A stretch of DNA of 64,000 nucleotides from Waterburya sp. (GTDB taxonomy: Bacteria; Cyanobacteriota; Cyanobacteriia; Cyanobacteriales; Xenococcaceae). The notes beneath the pieces were generated by a model that was given only the letters and a program-made list of their open reading frames with translations, was not told the DNA's origin and did not search any database. This document shows, one piece after another, positions 59,401 to 64,000 of this stretch (its first letter is position 1; each line of letters starts with the position of its first letter). Position numbers and translations under genes: made by a program. Where the stretch lies: positions 3,840,001 through 3,904,000 of the forward strand of contig CBDCJV010000002.1 of NCBI GenBank assembly GCA_965217895.1, read 5' to 3'.

Positions 59401-60311
59401 AAAATGGGGACATTTAACTGTTGCCAAAATTGTAGTTGAGCAGACTCACCAATTTTTGCCAAAGAAAAACTAGTAGTGTTTAATAATACTTTGAGCGGAT
59501 TTTCTTGAAGCAAAGCTAATAATTGTTGCTGTAATTCTACATTTCTTAATGAAGAGATAAATATAGGTATGGGGCGTAAATTTCGAGATACTATAGATTG
59601 ACATAAACAATCAATTACCGTAGTGTTACCTGCTAAATAATGAGAACGATAAAAAAGAACTGCACAAGAGCGTAGCGAAGCTATCCCGTAAAGCTTATCG
59701 CTTTTAACATTTTTTGCCTCAATATTTAAGTTTTCTAAGCTATTTTTATCTATTTGGTTTTGCCATTGATAAATTCCTATTTCGGGAACAGACTTTGGTG
59801 CTGCTGGTATATACTTTGTTTGTAAACAAGCATCACTAATAAACCGCAAAGCATTGACAAAGTTTTCTTTTCCTCCTTCAATTAAATAACGCCACAATTG
59901 ATTGACAACAGCCAAAGAAACTGTCGAATGACTGATTAAATCGAGATCGGGAGCATTGTCTCCTGGTAACACAAATAAAGCAGCATTGCTCAACTCAACA
60001 GTTTCTTTAATTCTCTCTAATCCATAAGACCAGTAGGCACTTCCACCTAGTAGCCGTAAAATAACTACCTGTGCTTTTGACAACACTGTTTCTACATAAA
60101 CGTCGATGCTTAATTGTTGTTGTAAATTCAATAAATTAACTACTCTAATATCAGGGAAATCATTGTCTAAACGATCTTGAGCAGCAGCAATAGTTTGAAT
60201 ATCGGTATCAGCATAAGTTAGAAAAACAATTGGTGCAGGAGATTGTTCAATAAAAATTACACCCTCCATATTCGGATTCCAACCACCAGGAAGTGCTGCT
60301 AATTTGTGCAT
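56409..60311 (-). CDS. cobN: Cobaltochelatase subunit CobN
   Basis: MHKLAALPGG, VALPEVDGRI, ANGVGLDTP, HVGKHGNLEWLPGK, LPTGRNFY and HNQDNREHDLLDSDDYYQF. Confidence 0.95.
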   Translation of the reverse strand: MHKLAALPGGWNPNMEGVIFIEQSPAPIVFLTYADTDIQTIAAAQDRLDNDFPDIRVVNLLNLQQQLSIDVYVETVLSKAQVVILRLLGGSAYWSYGLERIKETVELSNAALFVLPGDNAPDLDLISHSTVSLAVVNQLWRYLIEGGKENFVNALRFISDACLQTKYIPAAPKSVPEIGIYQWQNQIDKNSLENLNIEAKNVKSDKLYGIASLRSCAVLFYRSHYLAGNTTVIDCLCQSIVSRNLRPIPIFISSLRNVELQQQLLALLQENPLKVLLNTTSFSLAKIGESAQLQFWQQLNVPILQVILSSSTLEQWESSLQGLMPRDVAMNVALPEVDGRIITRAISFKSVQTWNKKLETNVVVYQPKSDRTDFVADSAANWIDLANTKPKDRKVALILANYPNKDGRIANGVGLDTPASCIKILEALQQSGYTVTDMPETGEELIQRLTTGITNDPESRVSRPTYQSLSIEEYQKYWETLPEAVQQGITDRWGVFVEHPHEITKQDGEMGRWGNGEVGANGGLPSQINIPGIQLGNIFIGIQPSRGYDRDPSLNYHAPDLEPTHEYLAYYHWLRSCFGVQAIVHVGKHGNLEWLPGKSLALSASCYPEVALQTIPNIYPFIVNDPGEGSQTKRRSQAVIIDHLTPPLTRAELYGGLEKLEALIDEYYEAQSLDPTRLSIISDRITQLVQQENLDRDLGIKPNETKTLAQFLSVADGYLCELKEAQIRDGLHIFGQCPQGEQLRDLIIAIARSPSYNRMGLTQALAKDFGLDFDPLLGGDAEAGRLGDWGTRGLGEGGYIKKLKQARNKGDAIAILEEIAIELVEQLIAHKPFTFRCGLSLSPLPFTQTQLQWIKNTLLPNLIKSDREIINLLKALDGKYIPSGASGAPTRGRPEVLPTGRNFYSVDIRGIPTETAWEVGSKAAEVVIERYTQENGEYPQSLAISIWGTSTMRTGGDDIAQVMALMGVRPVWDGMSRRVIDFEVLPASILNRPRVDVTVRVSGFFRDSFPNIINLLNKITQTVATLPETAQINPLANAVETEQQLLQEQGIDAEAAQKRAIYRVFGSKPGAYGAGIQGLIEAQNWQSDEDLARAYLNWSSYAYDGSGQGYAAPESFQRRLKQLQIVLHNQDNREHDLLDSDDYYQFQGGMTAAVRSLTGKNPEVYFGDNSQPSNPRVRKLTEEIARVYRSRVINPKWIKGVMRHGYKGAFEMAATVDYLFAYDATANCVADYMYEGVAKAYIFDEQVQQFIQAKNPWALRDMSERLLEAHQRGLWQNVDAQVIDDLKAIANQSEGVIEEI

Positions 60312-60420
60312 AGTTAATATTGGTCTAATCTTGAGAAATAATTACGGTTTAGATTAAGAGGATAAAAATGAGCCAAGCTAGATAAAAGCAGAAAAATGTG
60401 GTACTTGCCGAATTTAAATT

Positions 60421-62694
60421 GTGTTGAGTTCTTCTTCTTTGGTGTTCAAAAAAGTCGTTAGTTATCAAGTTTGGCTTCAAATCGCCAAACTATGGTTAGC
60501 AATGTCAACAGAAGACGAAAACTTGCTAATTACAGAGCATACACTATTAAAGCGAGCAAATGTAGAGCAAAAAAATCAGCTAGATAAACAAATAGAAGCA
60601 GGCAGTTTTTTGTTGTTGATTACATCAAGAGTTAATGCTTTTTTACGTAAGGAAGAAACAAACGATCCCCAAAAATACCAAGTTACATTGGCTTTTGATC
60701 CCTTTACAATTACCCAAGAGCTAATCCAGCTTAGTGGCCAACAAAAATGGGAAATTGCAGTTATTAAATATTTACAAACCAATTTTATTAATAAGTTAAT
60801 CCACAATCATAATGATTTCGCGGAATTTATAGCAAAGGTAGTTAAATTACTGATAAATGAGGCAGAAAACTCAGAAATTCTACATAATTCACCCCAAACT
60901 CCAGCGATGGATACATTATTACACTATCAAGTCGAACAAGAGCGTATATTCGAGCAAATTAAGATCCAGATTAGCCAGAATCTAAATTTATCAGATATTA
61001 TTCAAACGGCCATCGATCGCAGCTGTAATTTTTTGGCATTAGACAGGCTTTTGATTTATCAACTAGATGTTCCTTTAGAGTCTAATATTGTCAGTTCAAA
61101 ACCTGTTGAGCTTGTAGATACAGTTACCTATGAATGTAGAAGAAGTCAAGATATTACTTCTACTTTGTATTTTCAAGATGAAGTTTGTTGGCGTAAGATT
61201 CCTCAATCGATAAATAAATATCATCAAGGATTTAATTTAGTTATTGATGATGTCAAAATAGATTCTACCCTTAATCCTTGTCTTCAAGAATTAATGACTA
61301 AACTAAAGGTAAGAGCTAAAGCTGTTACTCCAATAAGCGTTGAAAGCAAGCTTTGGGGATTTGTTATTGCTCATCAATGTTCTGAGTCAAGACAGTGGCA
61401 TCAGCAAGATATTCAGTTTTTGCGTCAGATATCTGAATATTTAGCGATCGCGATTCACCACCATCAATCATATCAGCAATTACAACAACAGAAATTATTA
61501 CTAGAAAAACAAGTTCAAAACCAAGCCCAACAGATCAAAGATGCTCTCATTGCAGCAGAAGCTGCTAGTAAGTCTAAGCATGAGTTTTTAGGCAGCATGA
61601 GCCATGAATTACGTACTCCTCTAACTTGCGTTATCGGCTTGTCTAGTACTCTGCTGCAATTGTCATCTACCAAAGAAAAAGTCTTATCTCCAGAAAAACA
61701 GCAGGAATATCTCTACCTCATTCAACAAAGTGGCAAGCACCTGTTGACCTTAATTAATAATATTTTAGAGTTTTCCGAAGTAGAGTCAGGTAAACACCTA
61801 TTGAATATTAAACAGCTTTCCTTAACTGGAGTAGCCAGAGAGTCGATACAAATGCTCCAGGAAATTGCTAGAGCCAAGCAAATTACCCTAATTCCCGAAA
61901 TTAAACTTGAGCTAGACCAAGATTACTTTTTTGCTGATGAAATAAGATTAAAAGAAATTTTATTTAATCTCCTCAGCAATGGTATTAAGTTTACCCCAGC
62001 CAGAGGGGAAGTAATTCTGAGGCTTTGGCGAGAAAAACGTCAGATTGTTTTGCAGGTAGAAGATACGGGAATTGGCATTACAGTTCAAGAAATTCCTTTG
62101 CTATTTGAGAAATTCAAACAGTTAGAAGATTTTCGTCAGCGCACCCAGGGCGGTACTGGTTTAGGGCTAGCTTTAACTAAGAAGTTAGTCGAATTACATG
62201 GTGGAAGTATCGAAGTAGAATCAGCTTCGGGAGAAGGTTCAATATTCACGGTTTATCTGCCAGAAAAGATTCCCTTCCAGCCGAATTTAAATGCTCAATC
62301 ATCGATTAATTATCAGACTAATCTGACTTCTCAAACAGTTATGCTAATTACTGGGGATGAGGAAAACGCTACTTTTATTTGCCAGCTACTCAACACGATT
62401 GAATGTCAGGTAGTTTGGCTGATGGATTCGGCTACAGCGATAAATCAAATTGAACTATTGCAGCCAAGAATTATTATTGTAGATCGCGATTGCTCGGAAA
62501 TAGATATAAAAAATGTGGCTCAAACTATCGCCCAGAAAGAATCTGCTTGGAATACCAATTTAGTTCTACTGGGGAATGAATTAAACAATATAGAGTGGGA
62601 AAATTTTGCCAAATCAGGAGTTGATGACTATCTATTGAAATCAATGACACCAACTCAAGTAATTGCCAAGATAAGCGAGTTAATTAAGGAATAA
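60421..62694 (+). CDS. cikA: GAF sensor histidine kinase with receiver-like domain, CikA-like
   Basis: N-terminal domain; GAF (LDRLLIYQ...LWGFVIAHQC); H-box MSHELRTPLTCVIG; N, G1, F and G2 boxes; C-terminal receiver-like domain. Confidence 0.75.
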   Translation: MLSSSSLVFKKVVSYQVWLQIAKLWLAMSTEDENLLITEHTLLKRANVEQKNQLDKQIEAGSFLLLITSRVNAFLRKEETNDPQKYQVTLAFDPFTITQELIQLSGQQKWEIAVIKYLQTNFINKLIHNHNDFAEFIAKVVKLLINEAENSEILHNSPQTPAMDTLLHYQVEQERIFEQIKIQISQNLNLSDIIQTAIDRSCNFLALDRLLIYQLDVPLESNIVSSKPVELVDTVTYECRRSQDITSTLYFQDEVCWRKIPQSINKYHQGFNLVIDDVKIDSTLNPCLQELMTKLKVRAKAVTPISVESKLWGFVIAHQCSESRQWHQQDIQFLRQISEYLAIAIHHHQSYQQLQQQKLLLEKQVQNQAQQIKDALIAAEAASKSKHEFLGSMSHELRTPLTCVIGLSSTLLQLSSTKEKVLSPEKQQEYLYLIQQSGKHLLTLINNILEFSEVESGKHLLNIKQLSLTGVARESIQMLQEIARAKQITLIPEIKLELDQDYFFADEIRLKEILFNLLSNGIKFTPARGEVILRLWREKRQIVLQVEDTGIGITVQEIPLLFEKFKQLEDFRQRTQGGTGLGLALTKKLVELHGGSIEVESASGEGSIFTVYLPEKIPFQPNLNAQSSINYQTNLTSQTVMLITGDEENATFICQLLNTIECQVVWLMDSATAINQIELLQPRIIIVDRDCSEIDIKNVAQTIAQKESAWNTNLVLLGNELNNIEWENFAKSGVDDYLLKSMTPTQVIAKISELIKE

Positions 62695-62722
62695 TTGCGG
62701 ATAGCCTTAAAATCAAATTATT

Positions 62723-63295
62723 ATGACTGCCATTAATATTTCTGCATTTGTAGATACGATAAGCGATCGCGATCTAGAAAAATTATGTTTGGATAATCCT
62801 GAAACTAGATTTGAAACTACCCCCAAGGGAAGATTAATTGTTATGCCGCCAACAGGAAGCGAAAGTAGCAGACTAAACATGACTTTAGCAGCCCAAGTTT
62901 GGAATTGGAATAATAGAGCAAAATTGGGAGTAGTATTTGACTCTTCTACTGGGTTTAAGCTTTCTAATGGTGCAATGCGATCGCCTGACGTTAGTTGGGT
63001 AGAAAATGCTAAATGGAATAGTCTAAATAAGCAGCAACAAAGGAAATTTGCGCCTATAGATCCCGATTTTGTTATTGAACTAATGTCCCCTACTGACGAT
63101 CTGTTAGAACTGCGACAGAAAATGCTTGAATATAGATGGTGTGGGGTTAAATTGGGGTGGTTGATTAATCCTGATGATCGAGAGATAGAAATTTATCGTC
63201 CTGATGCAGTTAAAGAAATTTTGAGCAATCCAACTAGTTTATCTGGAGATGACACATTACCTAATTTGACTGTGGATTTATCTGAAATATTTTAA
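62723..63295 (+). CDS. Uma2 family endonuclease (DUF820)
   Basis: LIVMPPTG, FDSSTGF, RSPDVSW, PDFVIELMSP and GVKLGWLINP. Confidence 0.92.
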   Translation: MTAINISAFVDTISDRDLEKLCLDNPETRFETTPKGRLIVMPPTGSESSRLNMTLAAQVWNWNNRAKLGVVFDSSTGFKLSNGAMRSPDVSWVENAKWNSLNKQQQRKFAPIDPDFVIELMSPTDDLLELRQKMLEYRWCGVKLGWLINPDDREIEIYRPDAVKEILSNPTSLSGDDTLPNLTVDLSEIF

Positions 63296-63681
63296 TGGCG
63301 ATCAATCTGTAAGAGAGATCGCTTTCTTAGGGTGCGTTGGCAAAGTTGATTAGTTCGGCAAGGAAATATATAAATCAATTTCTAATTCACCAATTCCCTA
63401 CCAAACCATCTTCTAATTAATTTGACTGGCTTATCTACCTACTTATTTAAGTAGGTGGGCAAAATCATTTATAAAATACCAACATTAACTTTTTGCCCTG
63501 ATCTATCAAATCCATTTTACATTTAAACCCCGTCTACATAGAAAACCGTAGTTTTTGAATCGGAGATTGAGCTAGTCACAGCAGGATCTAATTTCTACTT
63601 GCTACTTGCTACTTACGAACAGTCAACTTAAAAACTCCTGGTTTCAAACTGGATGTGGTTTAATTACACCCACCCAATTAT

Positions 63682-64000
63682 CTATTCTGCTGTTGCTTCT
63701 TCAACTTCTTCATTAACTTGGTCTTCTTTTTTAGCTAAATCTATCTTTTCCTGTTCTCTTTTTTCTCTCTTTTTGCGACTAGCTTCTAAAACATCCTCAA
63801 TAACCTTAAGCAACTGCTCCATTTTTTCGAGGTTGCTGCGATATAGCTCTAAATCCTTTTTCATTTTTTCGCTAGGCAAACCAAGACTTTCGGCAATAGT
63901 GCCGACAATTTCATCGCGCTTTTCTTGATTTTGAACTGCTTTACTATCGCATTCTTCCAACAGAGTATACACGCCGATCGCAAAAGGACGACTATACTTA
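63682..64000 (-). CDS. psb29: Photosystem II biogenesis protein Psb29/Thf1, C-terminal part (5' end outside the window)
   Basis: Frame open to the window edge; reads KYSRPFAIGVYTLL...KDLELYRSNLEKMEQ. Confidence 0.85.
   Translation of the reverse strand, partial: KYSRPFAIGVYTLLEECDSKAVQNQEKRDEIVGTIAESLGLPSEKMKKDLELYRSNLEKMEQLLKVIEDVLEASRKKREKREQEKIDLAKKEDQVNEEVEEATAE

Larger units (their letters stand above)
143..63983. repeat. HIP1 octamer GCGATCGC dispersed across the window
   Basis: Dozens of copies in coding and non-coding DNA, e.g. 143-150; not counted exhaustively. Confidence 0.95.

Noticed and set aside
60312..60420. Cobalamin riboswitch upstream of cobN (also checked upstream of cobD)
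   Set aside because: Intergenic regions are short and AT-rich, and no B12-box was recognisable.
63447..63681. Possible MITE (TAAGTAGGTGGG...CCCACCCAATTA)
   Set aside because: Ends too degenerate to set boundaries or a target duplication; likely an old remnant.

Overview
AT-rich cyanobacterial chromosome segment. HIP1 (GCGATCGC) is very frequent, and the gene content includes pilMNOQ, Calvin-cycle fba, devH, cikA and psb29. The repeat style suggests a Pleurocapsales-like strain, which is inference. Most genes are housekeeping: pilMNOQ, hup, cobD, tmk, two very large TamB/DUF490 proteins, GST/YbhB/NemA, rodZ, aas, fructokinase, fba, gloA, secDF, cobN, a cikA-like kinase, Uma2 and psb29. Accessory content is a decayed glycosyltransferase, a decayed IS630, several MITEs and an Rpn-family nuclease with a probable intragenic small antitoxin. 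Two candidate systems stand out. (1) A stand-alone, fully reducing type I PKS with a fused C-terminal PLP-dependent alpha-oxoamine synthase (KS-AT-DH-ER-KR-ACP-AOS); it could be a one-protein aminolipid or sphingoid-base synthase and lies next to a TamB lipid-bridge gene. (2) A set of 24-60 nt hairpin micro-elements that insert into HIP1 sites, into GTAG-REP palindromes and into one another (up to about 5 nested layers), and that are translated in frame inside cobD, cobN, the PKS and a DUF2993 gene. No rRNA, tRNA or CRISPR array was seen. All calls were made by eye, with no database searches.
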